Positions 15,762-30,244 of a stretch of DNA of 64,000 bases are shown here, piece after piece (positions within the stretch are counted from its first letter, which is position 1; each line of letters begins with the position of its first letter). Location of the stretch: the NCBI GenBank assembly GCA_016748015.1, contig JAAOMT010000659.1:809222-873221 (forward strand). Direction: 5' to 3'. Made by a program: the position numbers and the translations under genes. The notes under the pieces were generated by a model, which saw only the letters and a program-made list of their open reading frames with translations, searched no databases and was not told the DNA's origin. The stretch is from Geosiphon pyriformis uo1 (taxonomy: Eukaryota; Fungi; Glomeromycota).

Positions 15762-16027
15762 TTCTTTATTGGTTCTCACAAAATTTAGAAAATACGGAAT
15801 TATCGGACACTTTTGATGTAATGGGTACTAATTCATAAAATATTCAAAAACTTGATTTAAGTTTCAACCAGTCAAAATGAAATTGGTCCACAAAATCAGA
15901 TTTCTTTCAAGGAGAGAAAGTTCTAACAGAATATCAAATATTCAACCATTCGAGTCATTGATTAACTTTAAATATTTGCTGTCTATTGTGTGAGAATTCA
16001 TATCTATTAAAAATTAGTTCAAGAATT

Positions 16028-17948
16028 TCAGGGCTTTTTCAGAGTATGGCCTGTTATAAATGTGCCAAAGCATCAAAGTTATTAAAGAGCGTTTAGATAT
16101 GCGACACAATAAAGAACAGTAAAAGCGAAAAATTGTGATTTTTTTACCTTGGCCACCAAACAATGATGAATTACTGGTACGAACATCACTCGGTCCAGCT
16201 GTTGATGCCGATGCTGATGCCGAAGTGGAGGACGAAGATGGGGTTGGAGAAGATGTAGATGATCTTCCGGTATTAGGCTTTTTGGATCGTAATGTTTGTC
16301 CTGTACCAGCAAAAGCCTTAACGATTGGCTTAATGAAACAAAAAAGGTGAATATAATCAACGTCTTGAATCCTATTTCTGAGCTCATAACACCATCCTAT
16401 TCCAATGACCTTATACATACGTCAACTTCTTTTTCCCGAGGCTTTTTCTCTCCAAGCGGGACAATTTTGTACCCAAAAAAGAGCTTGCCAAATGGCAATT
16501 TCAAAGGAGCAGGTACATCTTCTGAGGATTGCAAAGGATCATCGGTAGCTGCGCTAATACTAGGTCTACTGGTTAAGATAAGAAATTGGTATAGTGTCAA
16601 ATTAAAGTTAAAGTAGAATTTCTATTGTTTCATTCAATATCTTTAAGCATACTTGTTTTTTGATCCAGATGATTTACTAGAGGAGCTTGATTTAGCTGTT
16701 TTCCCATTTAATCTTTGACCACTTCCCTGAAAAGCTGACCAGCCTTTTGGTTCTGTGTTCGGCTCATCGATTTTCATTTTATTAGCCTATAATGCTCAGT
16801 TGGTGAGTTTTTAAGGAGTAAACTCACTATTTAAAATCAAATTTACCGTCTTGGGTTGAGGCTTCGGCTCTACATAACCTACAGGCGGAGCAAAGTCTAC
16901 CTGATGTTGAAAAACAAAATATTCAACAAAGATGATGGGAAATGAGAAGAAAAATCAGCGAGCTGTAATTCAATACCTCTAGATCGGTTTCAACGATGGA
17001 AATACCGTTGTTACGCGGCCGCACCTCCAAGACCAATATCTCGTAAATTTTATTATTATAACTAATCTGAATGATGTCACCTTGTGTTAAAGTCGCAAAA
17101 TTCCTTAATGCGTTTTCGAGGCTAATATATTGAACGTTATCTATTTAGTTTGCAGAACGTGTTTATACTATCATAATAGCGCGATGAACATACACTGCCT
17201 TAGGATCACTGATATCGAGAAAATCCACTGTTTGCGGTTGAATTTTGACAAAATTCCCAAGAGGTAATGTAGCATTCTTAATTTCTATCAAATCTCCCGG
17301 CTCTAGTAAGAGGGTCTGCATCATCTGATTAAGAAGAGATTTGAGTCAATATATTAGTCATAAAACTTCAAAAATATCGTATAGAAATTACCCAATGTGG
17401 CAAGTAGACGCGGCCTTCTTCTGCAATAAATTCTAGTACTCCAGCATGTGAATGACGTTGTGTTTGACCATTACGAAGTTCGAATAGCATTGGATATTCG
17501 ATATTCAAACTGGCTTCAAGTGAAATAAAGGGAGATCTCAATGATATGAATCTGAGTTTTATTTTATTATCAAGATTAAACAGTTACCCAATTTTGCCAA
17601 AGCTGAGGGGGGGAGAATAACTGCATATAAGATGAGTGTCTTTTAGTCCAATATCCATAATAACAGTTCAACTACAGTCATTTATTCTTATAATTAAAAT
17701 ACCATGAACATACTTTTTCCACCGAAATTCACGTTCTGTCGTTCATTTCCTTGCATCATGATCACAGAATAGCATCGATACATTTCTGAGAATCCTCTAT
17801 TAGGATTTGGTGAGATGCCAAAACCTAAGCCCTGCTCAAACCCTTCATATCCTCCAAACTTGGCGAAAAACAGCGAGGTTTAGTTGGAACAAAAAAGGAA
17901 AGTAAACTCAGGTTTAACTCTCGTTATAAGAGTACTTTTTCTTACCAT
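16028..17948 (-). CDS. UFD1: Ubiquitin fusion degradation protein 1 (Cdc48 cofactor)
   Basis: YRCYS...[31 protein letters not shown]-terminal SHP-like [18 protein letters not shown]; first coding exon is the ATG only (17946-17948). Confidence 0.95.
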
Positions 17949-18140
17949 GTTGAATGATGAGCTTTTAAAAACTTGTTTTATTTTAACACACACGGTATAA
18001 GCTTTTAGAGGAAATTTTATAAAAAGTTATGATTTTGGAAAAGTCGTCACCCACAAACTTGTTAGCAGTAAATATGACGATCTTATTAAGCTATAACGAT
18101 AATATCATCACACCCTTAGATTCTTTGCTCAGTTGTAATA

Positions 18141-19667
18141 ATGCCACCTTCAAGTTTCAACCCCAATCGCCTCAAGGTGCAACTAAAACTCAGTATTAAC
18201 CGTCTTAAACTCATGCAACAAAAGAAAGCTTCAATTGGCAAACATGCACGTAAAGAAATTGCAGAATTGCTTAAGAATGGCAAGATAGAAAGTGCTAAGA
18301 TACGGGTAGCTTTTTTTCCAAAGTTCGGTTAGAAGTTTTAAGTTCGAACCCTAGCTCTAAAACTGTTATTTAAAACATAAAATTCAAAGGATCATGCTCC
18401 TTTTTCATTGTTTCCTAGGTTGAAGGCATTATTCGTGAAGACTTTCACCTGGAGGCAATGGAAATACTCGAATTATACTGTGAACTGCTGTTAGCGCGAT
18501 TTGGAATAATTGAACAAATGAAGTATGCGGTGCGCGTGCTATATATTCATTTTAGTTTTTAGTTGAATAATAGAAATTGTTAACTTTATGAGCTTTTATT
18601 TAATATATATTACTTCCTTATCTAGGCAATGTGATTCTGGCGTCCAGGAAGCTGTTAACACGCTGATATATGCTGCTCCACGTTCGGAAATTAAGGAATT
18701 AAACTCGGTAAGATTTATTCTTCTTACGGTTTACTTGATTTTCGTGTGACAGGAAGAGTTTCAATCTCTTGAGTTGAATAATCAAAATGATAATTTCTTC
18801 ATTAGGTTCGCGATCAATTAATTGCGAAATATGGAAAAGATTTTGCCGTGAATGCAATTGACAATAAAGATAATTGTGTGAATGATAGGGTTGTTACTAA
18901 TTCCAAATTTTCTGATCTTCTCATAAAGATATTTCCTATTTATTCATACCTATTTTTTTGACTATAATCTAAACAGATTGTACAAAAATTTAAAGTATCC
19001 ACCCCTGATGTTTACTTGGTCAATCGGTATCTCGAAGAGATTGCAAAGTCTTATAATGTAGATTGGACTCCAGATCTGAGTTCTGAAAATTTATTTGATG
19101 TGAGGGTTAATTTTGTTCTATAATTCATTATTTGTTTTTCGATTGAAACTTATCAATTTACATCCATATATGGGTAGCTCGATTTGCTAGGTGATACAAC
19201 CCTTTCTGGTAATGGTGATGTACACAAGCCAGAATCTTATACAGCATTGCCAGCTTTCGACTTATTATTTGAAGAGGCTAATAATTATAATGTCACTGCT
19301 GCCTCAGGTTCTAAAACTAAATCGGTATGTGATGATATTGAAACTGTAAATAAGATTAATATAAATCTAATAAATATATTCATCAAAGTCGTCAACGATC
19401 GATCACAAAAGTTTGGATGTTAAGAATTCTGAATTACTTCCAGATGTTCCTTTGATGCCACCTTCAGATAAAAAGCCGAATAAACTCGGAAAACCACCGT
19501 CCCCAATAATACGATCTAAAGAATCTCTAAAGGATGATCTGCCACCACCCTACACATTAGAAAATACCAAGGATGAACAAGTTGAGCAAATTATAATTAA
19601 AAATGATGAATTACCGGATTTCGAAGAATTAGCAAAAAGGTTCGAAGCTTTGAAACGAAAAAAATAG
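18141..19667 (+). CDS. IST1: ESCRT-III-associated regulator of Vps4, Ist1
   Basis: RLKVQLKLSINRLKLMQQKK...ARKEIAELL...AKIRVEGIIRED, ELYCELLLARFG, C-terminal MIM1 DFEELAKRFEALKRKK. Confidence 0.93.
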
Positions 19668-19945
19668 CAACCGTCTTCGACATTATTTTATTACTTTCCA
19701 CTCTATAATATTACAGTTTGGCTAGTTTATACATCATAGCTGTATAATAAATATGGTTCATGTAAAAATAAGGTTATAAATTTCCCACCTTTTTGGATTA
19801 CTATTTTAAAAAAACGAGCATCCTGAGGCATATATAATTTCGGTGCCACATCATCGTATTCCCACATGACCCAAATTCACTGCAAACAAGAGCAGCCCAC
19901 AATAATTACTGATCATATAGGGCCAAGCAACAACCTTGATTCATT

Positions 19946-21166
19946 TCAACCTTCAACTAGTTGTAGTTTTTTGTCCACTTTTTGTGGGTTTTTTTGACCT
20001 TTAAAGAAAATAGAATATTAAAACAATGCAAAAAAATATACGAAAAAATAAGGAAAAATACCTTCCGATTCCATTTGATCTAGAGGGAGTGGGGTTATAG
20101 GTACAGATGGTAGATCCATTTGAACCGTAATCTAATTACAAAAATAAGGTAAATGTCGATTTTTCTACAAGTAAACAGAAAAGAATTTCAGGGTAATTAA
20201 AAAACCTGTTGTTTTTCAATCTCCTCTAGTTCTTTCAATATTTCCTCCTCGCCTTCGTTTGTAATCTTGCCACTTAAGAGTTCCTCAATTTCCTGATTTG
20301 GAATTTGGGATTTACAATTTATTGATGTCACAATAGAGTTTAAGAAAAAGTAATATAAAAAACAGATCCACACTTTTTGATAAGCAATCGCCTCTGCTGT
20401 ATCATCCATCAACTCTTCAACTTTTTCTATTGAGGTTTCATTATTCAATTCGTTCAAAATATCCCTTCCATGCGCCAACCCAGCCAGCACTTCTTTCTGG
20501 ACAACCGCAAATTCAATTGTTTGGGTCTAAATGACGTGATTAAATTATGATTGAATCGGTAGGGATTGAAGGCAAATCAAACAGTTAAACTAGTTGGTGC
20601 TTAATTGAAACAGATGGTGGAGGTATTCAATTGATTGGTGGTGAAGTACATGAGTGAGCCTATATTGTCGGGCAAACAATACTCACATAAAGTTTTCTTT
20701 TTCTTCTATTTAGCACAAAAAATAAAACCACAACTCTTCGTTTTGCTTGATTCTTTCTGATGTAAGGGTTTGTAGAGGTAGCAGAAAAAAAAAGTAGTAG
20801 GCTCTTTACCAGTTCTTCAAGGTTCAAAAGCTGTGTGTCGGTTTTAATCAGCAATTGTTGCTGATATTTTTTCTTTTTGAGTGCAAGTAATGCCCGCCTT
20901 CTATCCCCTTTCTTGATTGCCTCTTTCGCTAGCTGTGTTTCTTTGTCAACCACTACAAGTATCTAGAGGAAGGTAGATGTTCCAACAGATAATTTAACGT
21001 AAACAGATGAACTTATTATTTGACATGAGTTCAATAGAAGCATCGACCAACTGCAAAATTACAGAAGGCTTACCTTCTTTTGATATTGTTTTAATCTGTC
21101 TCGTTGAATTTTGAGATCGAGAATTGCTCGATCTTGAGACGTTATCTTACTGCCTCTTTGACCCAT
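19946..21166 (-). CDS. VPS20: ESCRT-III subunit Vps20/CHMP6
   Basis: Myristoylatable MGQRGSKITSQDRAILDLKIQRDRLKQYQKK, ALLALKKKKYQQQLL, MIM2-like LPSVPITP. Confidence 0.92.
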
Positions 21167-21404
21167 TGGGACGAGTAATTTGAGACGGAGTTTGAATTGT
21201 ACAGTGAATGTTTTATGTGTTTCTTTGAAAAACAAAGTTTGGGATTTTCTACCTTAATAGTGAACGCGCCAAGAAAACTTGGGAATGGAGAGAAATGGGT
21301 TATTAATTTCAATACTTGGCATGTCTCCCATTGGTTAAAAAATGATTGGATAGATAATTTATAAATTACGCGTCTTAATCCAAGGCTATTAGATTATTTT
21401 CAAC

Positions 21405-22495
21405 ATGCCATTTTCTATGCATAGCCATTCTGGACAATTTTGTACACATGCCAAGGGAACATTAGAAGAGGTAGTGCAAGAAGCTATAAAAAAAAAATTT
21501 CTTGTCTATGGCTTATCAGAACATTGCCCTCGACATCGACTCGAAGACTTGTACCCTGAAGAGGTGGGCTGATAAAATCTTCGAATTGGGCTGATCTAAT
21601 ATAGACTTTTAGAAATTGAATTCTTTTTCTCTCTTAAAGTCACATCTTAAACCCTCAGATCTGATCAAGACCTTTAAAGATTTTGTTACAGAAGCAAAAA
21701 GATTGCAAACAAAGTACAAATCACAAATCAAATTGATTATCGGCTTCGAATCAGAGACGATAACCTTGGAGACTATGGCTGCAGAAACATTAGGATTGTT
21801 GAAAGACCACAAATTAGATTATCAAGTTGGTTCTGTGCATCATGTACATGAAATTCCGATTGATTTTGATTTGGCGATGACTGAACAGGCCCTGGTAAAG
21901 GCGGAGGAAATCTCAATAACTTCCAACCCAAACAGTCGGAAATTTTATTTTGAGAGTAGAGAAGAAGCATTATTTGATGCTTACTTTGATGCTCAATTTA
22001 AAATGTTGACTGAAACGAAACCGATGATTGTTGGGCATTTTGATGTAATCAGAAAGTTTTGTAAAGATTGGAAGATCACACCCCGTGTTTGGGAAAAGAT
22101 TGTGCGTAATGTGGAGTTTGTTGTGGCATATGATGGGTTGTTTGAGGTGAATGCTGCTGGATGGAAGAGTGGATTAAAGAGTGCATATCCGCAGAGAGAT
22201 ATATTGAGGGTATGCAGCTTTAACAATTTAAAACGTTTCATTGGCTAAAAATCAGGTTAACCATTTTTCAATTCATTTTTTAAAGCTTATCATTGGTAAC
22301 GGCGGAAAGCTGACTATATCCGATGATAGTCATGGACCGGCAGCTGTAGCTTTAAATTATGACAAACTTTTTGAATATTTAAAAGAATTTCAAATCCATA
22401 CGATTCATTATTTAGATCATGATGAAAATGGAAATTTTGTGATCAAAGAGCTCAAAGACGCGTTGGAACACCCATTTTGGTCACAATTTATTTAA
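21405..22495 (+). CDS. HIS2: Histidinol-phosphatase (PHP family)
   Basis: MPFSMHSHSGQFCTHA, YGLSEHCPR, VGSVHH, GHFDVI, ISDDSHG motifs. Confidence 0.93.
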
Positions 22496-22599
22496 TCTGC
22501 GATTTGGAATTAAAAAATTTTCGCAGACACTTTATAATATTCATAATTCCCTGCAAAACTTTGAATTAAAGTAAAAGTGAATTCGTAATGTCTCAATTT

Positions 22600-23620
22600 T
22601 TTTATAAATTATTCATTGGTTTTGAACAATTAATATCTCTGGATTCATTTTTATATACTATTTATCTATTATTTTTATTGTTTTATTAAATCTAATCTTT
22701 TTATAATTACTTTGATAATACATCTACATATTTAAATTACACATTTTTTATATATATAATTAGTTACTTAAACTAATTAAAACTACTTTATAATAATGAA
22801 CTTCGTTTTACAAATTATGAAAATTTTAAAATTTGTGTAAATGTTTTTATTTTAATATACCATAGTTAAATCAAAATTATTTCTAGTTATAAAGTATTTA
22901 AAATTAAATTTAAAAATATTTACACTATTTTTAAGTATTTTTATTATTTTAAAATTTGTGTAATTATACTTTTAAATATTTTAATATAATTTAAGATAAA
23001 TTACTATTTAAGTTTTTTAAAAAAACTTTATTTTTTAAAATTAAAGCAAATTCAGTTTTATAAGTATTAATATTTTTAACCCCAATTTTTGAATTTGTGT
23101 TTTTAATAAAATAAGTTTTTTTTTGTTTTTTATTAAATTTTACAAAAGTAATTACAAATACAATAAATTAACTAACTAATAATTTAAAATATATAAAATA
23201 AAACCAACTAATTGGTTTAAAATAATTTGGTTTAATATTAGTGCTTTTAAAAAAAATTTTATTAAAATTAAAAAAAAAACAGTTTTACAAAGTATTTTGA
23301 ACTTTAATATTTGTAATAATATTAACAAGCAATAATTTCTTATTAAATTTGGTTTTTTTAAGTATTAATTTAAAATTCGTAATATTAAAAATCTTTTAAG
23401 TTTTAAAAAAATTATAATTACATATTTTTAAATTATTTTAAAGTTAAATTTTTTAAATTAATTAGTTTTAACTTAATAATAACAATTTATTAAATATTTT
23501 ATAATATTTTAAAATACAACAATAATAAAAAATCCAAATTTTATTTTAATATATAATTTAATTATTATCTAATACAATAAATTAAACTAAATAACAAATA
23601 AAAAAAAATTAAATTTAAAA
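22600..23620. other. Extremely AT-rich boundary between gene block and retroelement block
   Basis: Very few G/C, no ORFs in the track. Confidence 0.85.
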
Positions 23621-23758
23621 AAACTTCTTTTTCTCCTTCATCCAAAATTCCCAAAAAAGAGTCAAAAGTTTTTTCAAAAGAAGTTTTTTACCATTCAATA
23701 TGATAAATCAAAACCGTTTTTCGATTACGAGGCCACTGTTGGCTCTGTTATTGCTGTT

Positions 23759-25559
23759 ATGAAGAAGACTATTAAAGTTTCTGGTTCTGAGAGTGGTTTC
23801 AAGGCAGTTGCATCGAGGAAGAAGAGGAAGGGAGGTGTATTGACAGAAGGTATTGATAATAGAAGTGTCATTGCTAAAACTCCTGGTGCTCATTCATGGA
23901 GTTTTGAGACAGGTGACACTACTGAGTCTAAGAGTATTAACATGGAGGAAAAGTGCTTAGTTGAAGAAACCAGTGTTGACTATGGTGAGAATAGTGCTTT
24001 CGCGGAAGGAGATCCTAATCAGATGCCAAAGGGTTTGCATGTAATGACCAAAAAGGTGTTAGGAAAGCTTTTGGGTGTGATTGATTATAGTACTGTCGAT
24101 ATAGATGATAATGTGTTAGATGATTCCTTTCTTTTCCTGTCTTCTCTACCTATCAAACTGTCTGTTCAAGTGCTTGTTTGCAAATTCTTTGCTTTAGATA
24201 TAGATCTTGTGGCCATTGCTGGGAACTCTTCTCAGGAAAAATTGAGTTTTATCAGGAAAATTTTTTCAAGTATGAATGGTTTTGGAGGGGGCCTCTACTC
24301 CCTCAAAATTTGGTGGTATTATTTATGTGACTTTCACTTCGGAAAGGGCAATGATGGCTGCTGGAAAGTTGGCAAATGATTATGGTGTTGTGGTCAACAC
24401 CGATCTCAAGTGCCCTGACAACGTTCATACAAATTGGGATATTGTATTAAAAGAGATTCTAGTGGGAACATCAATAGAGGCTGTGTGCGCAGCTGTATCC
24501 GAATTTGGGATTATTAAGAAGATCAAAATACAGTTGGTGGGATTGTAACAGAAAGCAATCGTCAAGATGGAAGATCAGAATCAGGCTGATCTCTTGGCAA
24601 ACAAATGGTCTATTCTTATTGGAAAAGATGCAGTTCATGTGGCCAGGGCTGACATGGATAAACAAACATGGGATTCTAGAAACAGATTCAAGGCATTGAT
24701 TTACACTCTTCCCGTGGGTACAAATGCTCATGATCTGTGAGATTTTCTGGATTTGGTGGGTGAGAAAACATGTGTCATTGATCGCAATCCTGTCGATTAC
24801 ACTTGTGTGCACTGCGCTTTTGTGGGTTTTGAGTCTAAAGATGTCCTATTGCAGGCTATGGCTAACGTGCCTGTTATAAAAGATGTACGTCTATGCTGGT
24901 CGCGTTTGTCTACTGCCTTGTGTTTCTCTTGCAATTCTCTTGGTCATACATCTTTGGTTTGTAAGTCGGATGGTGTGTCTCTAGGTTCTAAGAGCAAGAG
25001 GGCTCCTCTCTCAGCTCAGGATCAGTTAAGATTGGCAAAAATTTATGAGAAAAAGTCTGCATCTGTTCCCTGTCTTTTGGCTTTTGGTGGCAAGACTTAG
25101 GCTTCGGTAATTGGCTCTCATCTTTTGGGCACGTCTCATGGATATGATTCTCAGCTTGGTTCCATTGGTATTAGTAAACCTCTCCCTCCTGTGGTAAATA
25201 ATTTAGAAAAGCAGTTGGTTACTATTGAAAGCAGTCTTGTTAGTCTCACAGAACGAATTGGTGAGTTGACTAAGAGGTTGGACTCATTTATGCCAGCAGT
25301 TTCCCAGCCTAGCCCTGAATGTCAGCTGCTGGTGACCCCCCCATCATAAGATCAGGTGGGTAATGTAGTGATGGAAGAGGGCTTGGGTGAGGCCACTTGT
25401 GGCAAGACTGCTATGCTTGTGGATCTGTTTGTATCCCCCCAGATAATTAAGCTGGAAACTATGTTGGAAGATCTCTCAGCCTTTGTTCTAAGCTTGTCTG
25501 CTCGCTTTGATGGTTTGGTTCTGGCTGGCAGTGCACTTCTTCAACCCCTCTCTCAATGA
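23759..25559 (+). pseudogene. LINE ORF1 (RRM-like regions, CCHC knuckle, coiled coil)
   Basis: CFSCNSLGHTSLVC knuckle; coiled coil LEKQLVTIESSLVSLTERIGELTKRLD; in-frame stops and one frameshift near 24290. Confidence 0.85.
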
Positions 25560-28500
25560 CCGATCTTATCTAGAAAATTGCCACGTGTAATGTTAGAGGT
25601 ATGAACAATCCTGTCAAACAGGATGATATTGTTCAATGGCACAAAGATATGGGCAATTTGATTTCGATTTTTATGAAAACAAAATTGAGAGATAAGGCTC
25701 ATCTATGGTTGACTAACAAGTTTGATGGTGTTCGTGTGTTCTCTTCTGGTTTGAATTCTGGCTACGTTGGTGCTGGCGTTGTAATTGTATTAAACAGTTT
25801 TTTGGCTAAACATGTTTGTAGGATTTCTGAAGTTTCGGGTTATCTTCTATGTGTCAGACTTCTTTTCAGAAACAAACTTTCAGTTTTTGTTTTGGGACTA
25901 TATGCTGGTGTCTCATCAGCTATTCGATTTGCTCAGGCTGGCGAGGTTAATTCTTTGATTGCAAAGACTGTTAATGAATCCTCTTTTGTGGTCCTTGGTG
26001 GTAATTTCAACAAGGATGGTTTTCATAGGTGTGCCAGCTTCAAGAAATGTTTTGAGTTGGGTCTGGTCAACTCTCTGTGTGGGAGCTCATTTGTGAAAAC
26101 ACCAATTTGGTGCAACTCTTGTGATGTCAATAAGACAATTGATTATGTTTTTATCTCTTCTAATCTGGTTGGTGTGGTTGTGGATCATGGTGTGGCTGGT
26201 GTTGAGAACTTTTTTGACACTGATCATAGGGCTGTTTCTGTTTTTGTGGACTTGGGTGGCCTGTTTAATGTCCGGTTGAATTCGATATGCAAGTAAGCGA
26301 ACAAAGATTGTTGGAAGTATGATATCAAAAATGTTAATGAGTCTAAGTGGTCTGAATTTAGGAAGGCCATGGCTGTTAACGTTCATATGTACTCAGATGC
26401 TTTTGTTGTGGCTGAGCAGTTTTCAGATTTGGATATGATGTGGAATATTGTTCACAAGGTTGTGGTTCTCTCGGCTGGTAGAACTTTCAGAAAGAAATGG
26501 TTCAAGTGCTTTGATAGTGTTTTTAATAAGGTGTCTTCCAGATTTTATAAACTGGAGTTATTTGTGTCTAAGTTGGTTAAAGCTTCTTATCTGGTTTCTG
26601 GTGGAGACTTTGCTTTTTTGCTGGATACTTGGAACAAACTTGATTCTGTGGGTGCTTCCTCAGTGAAGTCTTTATTTTTTGCTGGCTCTGGTTTTGATGC
26701 TGCCCATTCTGAGCTGGCTAAAACTAGGAAGTTTTACTGCTCTGCTAAATTAATGGAATCTAAGCATGCTGAAGATTCTCAAATAAGACAGACTATTAAG
26801 AGGAGGATAGAGAGTTTTGAGGTGGACAAGGGTCATACCATCTGGAATGTTTTGGAGAAGCCATTTTGGAAGGTGGTGTTGGATCATCTGGTTGTAGGTG
26901 AGGAGTTGGTCTTGGAGCCTGAGTTGGTTAAATCTAAGGTGGATGTAATTATGGAGGGTTGAACTCAGAAGCGTACAGTGATGTCTGACATTTCTAGTGA
27001 TTGGAAACAACAATTTCAGCTTCTGGATCATGTTTTCAATGATGCCTTTACTGACATCATGTGCTCAATTAGTTTTGATGAGATGTTTGGGGTTATTTCC
27101 AGTTTGCCTGAAGGGAAAGCAGCTGGTCTTTTCAGTATACCTAATGAATTTTGGAAACATTGTGATAAGTCAGTTTTAGATATGCTTTTAGTACTCTTAA
27201 ACTTTTGCTTGGTTAGTGAGGCAATGCCTGGATCTTGAAAAAAAGCTTGGGTTTCGATGATTCCTAAACCTTATGAATGGAAGGGTGTTCTTACAAATAC
27301 TCATCCTATTGCTCTAATTGAAACAGCTCGCAAAATACTTTCCAAGATTCTTTCAGATCGGATCTCTTTGGCTTGTAGTGCTTTTAATGTCTTTTGCAGG
27401 GACAATTTTTCTGTCTTAAAAAGTACATCTATGCAATTGTCCATTTTTGCTGTTAGTTTTGTGATTGAAGATGTCTTAAAAAAGAACTGGAAATTGTGGC
27501 TAGTGTTGTAGAATATGCAGAAGGCTTATGATTCTGTTGGTTGAGAGCATCTTAAGAGAAGTCTGGTTAGGATCAAGATGTGCAATAGATTTATTAGATT
27601 CTTTGGTGACATCCATAATAGCCACATTAACAAAGTGATGATGGATTTTGGATTGACTGATGATTACTGTATTCATAATGGTTTGGATCAGAGTAAGGTT
27701 TTCTCACCACTTCTTTGGCATATATTTTATGATTTACTCTTTTGTAAAGTTAAACAACAGAAAAGTGTGTGTAGTTATAGGTTAATTTCTCATTTTGTCA
27801 CCAGAACTGATCATGTGAAATTTCAGGGTGGACTGTCATTATTTCTGGCCACTGGTGCTTTCATTGATGATACAATTTGGGTTGGTAGCAGCCAGGCTGC
27901 TATGCAATATATTCTGGATATTGCTAGTGACTTTTTCAGATTTAATAACATTTCAATTAACAATGACAAGACTGTGGCTATTCCTATTAACTATAGAATT
28001 GCGAACCCAGTTTTGACTGTTAGTGGCTCACCTATTTCCATCGCCAAAAAGGGTGTACCTCATTATTATCTGGGTATATTTTTGTTTTCTGACAGTCTTT
28101 CAAAGCCTAGCCTGGCTAAAGCACATTTGGATGTTCGGTTTTTTGTCAATCTCATATTTAGGAAGGCAATTTTGGATAAACAGTTTACTTATTTGGTGTC
28201 TTTGGTTCTTTTTCTTATTGTTGACTACAGGACTCAGTTCAGTTTTGTTCCTTTCAGTGTGTGTAATAAATAGGACACTTTGATTCGTAAGGGCTTGAAA
28301 TTTAAATCTGGGCTGCCACTGGATTTTCCCAATGATGCACTTCATTATCCTTCCTTGTACAATTTAGAAACTTTTGAGCAAATTCAGGCTAAAAGCAAGT
28401 TGGCTTCTGTCATTGCTTTTGCAAATTCTGTTGGTGTTTTGGGTTGTCTGTTTGCTCACTAGTCTCATGACCTTCAGGTTCTCAGCTGGCACCCCTGCCA

Positions 28501-30244
28501 CTCTCTGTTGCTTCCAGTCTATGTTAGGGTCAGCCTTTTGAATAACTTTCTGGTGGGTGTGGTTCATATTCTTTCTGGATGTGATTTGTCTCTAGGTGGC
28601 TCTCTGGCTAGTGCTTTTTATCTTTGGAGTGGTACTCCTATGTCTTTGGTTCTTGGTGAAAAGATTTTTTTTAAATGTGTCCCTTCCATTAGACATTATA
28701 ATATTGCCTTTGTGGAACAGTTTTGTGGCTGGGATGGTGTAATTTTTGATTGGAAGACTTTCAGGCATTGAAAAAAACTGGATCTCCGTGGCCCTGTTCC
28801 CTCCTGGTTTGTTCTCTCTGTTTGCTTTCTTGGTGGTGCTGCTTTTTCTTCTGTTTGTTTTTCTCATGTGGAATTTTGTGGCTCTTTAGATGTTCACTGA
28901 TCTTTTGGTTTTGGTGCTGTTTGCGACAGTCTGTTAAATGCTGGTGCCACCCATCTTTTTGTGTATATAGATGGGTCTCTGAATGGCTTGGGTACTATTG
29001 ACATGAAGGCTGGTGCTGCTGTTTTTTTTGAAGCCATTAATTTGGGTCTGAGTGTAGGGGTGTCTGGTTTGGTTTTTTCAACCTTGGCAGAGTTGCAGGC
29101 CATTGCTTTGACACTTGAGTGTGTTCTTTCTTTCCGTGTGGTTGACTTGTTTTTAGACAGCCAGATGGCTCTGGATGTATGCAGGTTGGAGTTCTTGTTG
29201 ATTGAACCTGATTACAGAAATTATTGTTGAATTGAGCATCATCACATCGCCAATGTCATTTATTACAAGAATTTGGATGTGAATTGGATTAAGGTTAAAG
29301 GTCATTCAAGCGTTTTAGACAATGAGCATGCTAATGCATTGGCTAGAGATGCTGCTTTCTTTGCTTGGTGTCTGCCCCATTTAGTCAATAAGAGGTTTAT
29401 TAAGACTGGTGTTGATGCAGTTTCTGGTAATTCTAGGCACTTTGTTCGTGATGTTTTTAGGTCAATCCATTGTACACATTGGAAGGTTGGTTCTGGTTTC
29501 TGGGTTGTTCCAGCTAGTTTGTATGTTGATATTGATTGGCTAAGGTCTTCTCTGGTCTGGCACCCAGACTCTCACTTGGCTTTAGGTTTCACTAGTACGA
29601 GAACTATTGGCTTTCAGACATACTTTATGAAGGCTCTTCACCATTGGCTCCCTGTTGCTGTGCAAAAGCACTTATATGATAGGAGTTACCCCAGTGTGGT
29701 GTATCTGTTTTGTGGTGATATTGAGATCTCAGACCATATTTTTTTTTGTCCATTTGAGACTGCTGGTTGTGCTCGGCTGTTGGATGATCATACATTGGCT
29801 TGGGAGGTGCACTCTGGCTTGGTTTGGTCTTCTTTATGTGTCTTACAGTTGCTGTTCACTTGTGTTGCTGATGCTGCGGTTGGTACAACTCTGTGTAAGG
29901 GCTTCATTTTTGGTGGTTGGTTTTGTAAATCAGTTTTGGTTTTTAAGGATTCCAAGATTGCGACTTCGGTCATTGTGGATTTTGTGCATGCATTCTGTCT
30001 CTCCTTTTGGAATAATATCTGGCTGGTCCATGCTAAGCACTGGGCTTTTATGGAGAAGAATAGGCTTATTCCACATGATGATTCTGTTCCAGTTTCAGTC
30101 TCTGGTTCTACTCTGTTGTTTTCTCCTGGTGTGGTCAAATTGTTGGGTATTGCTGAGGTTTTTGGTGTTGGTTTCGAGTTTTACAAATTCTGTTTGTTTT
30201 TTTCAGGTATTGGTGATGTAGTTTCCATTCATATAGGTGCTTAG
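25556..30244 (+). pseudogene. LINE ORF2 (APE endonuclease, RT, RNase H, C-terminal zinc finger)
   Basis: IATCNVRG, GGNFN, IDYVF, TDH (APE); AFIDDTIW, YLGI (RT); YIDGS...AELQAI...KVKGHS...NEHA (RH); FCGDIEISDHIFFC. One frame over 4.7 kb, broken only by stops. Confidence 0.92.
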
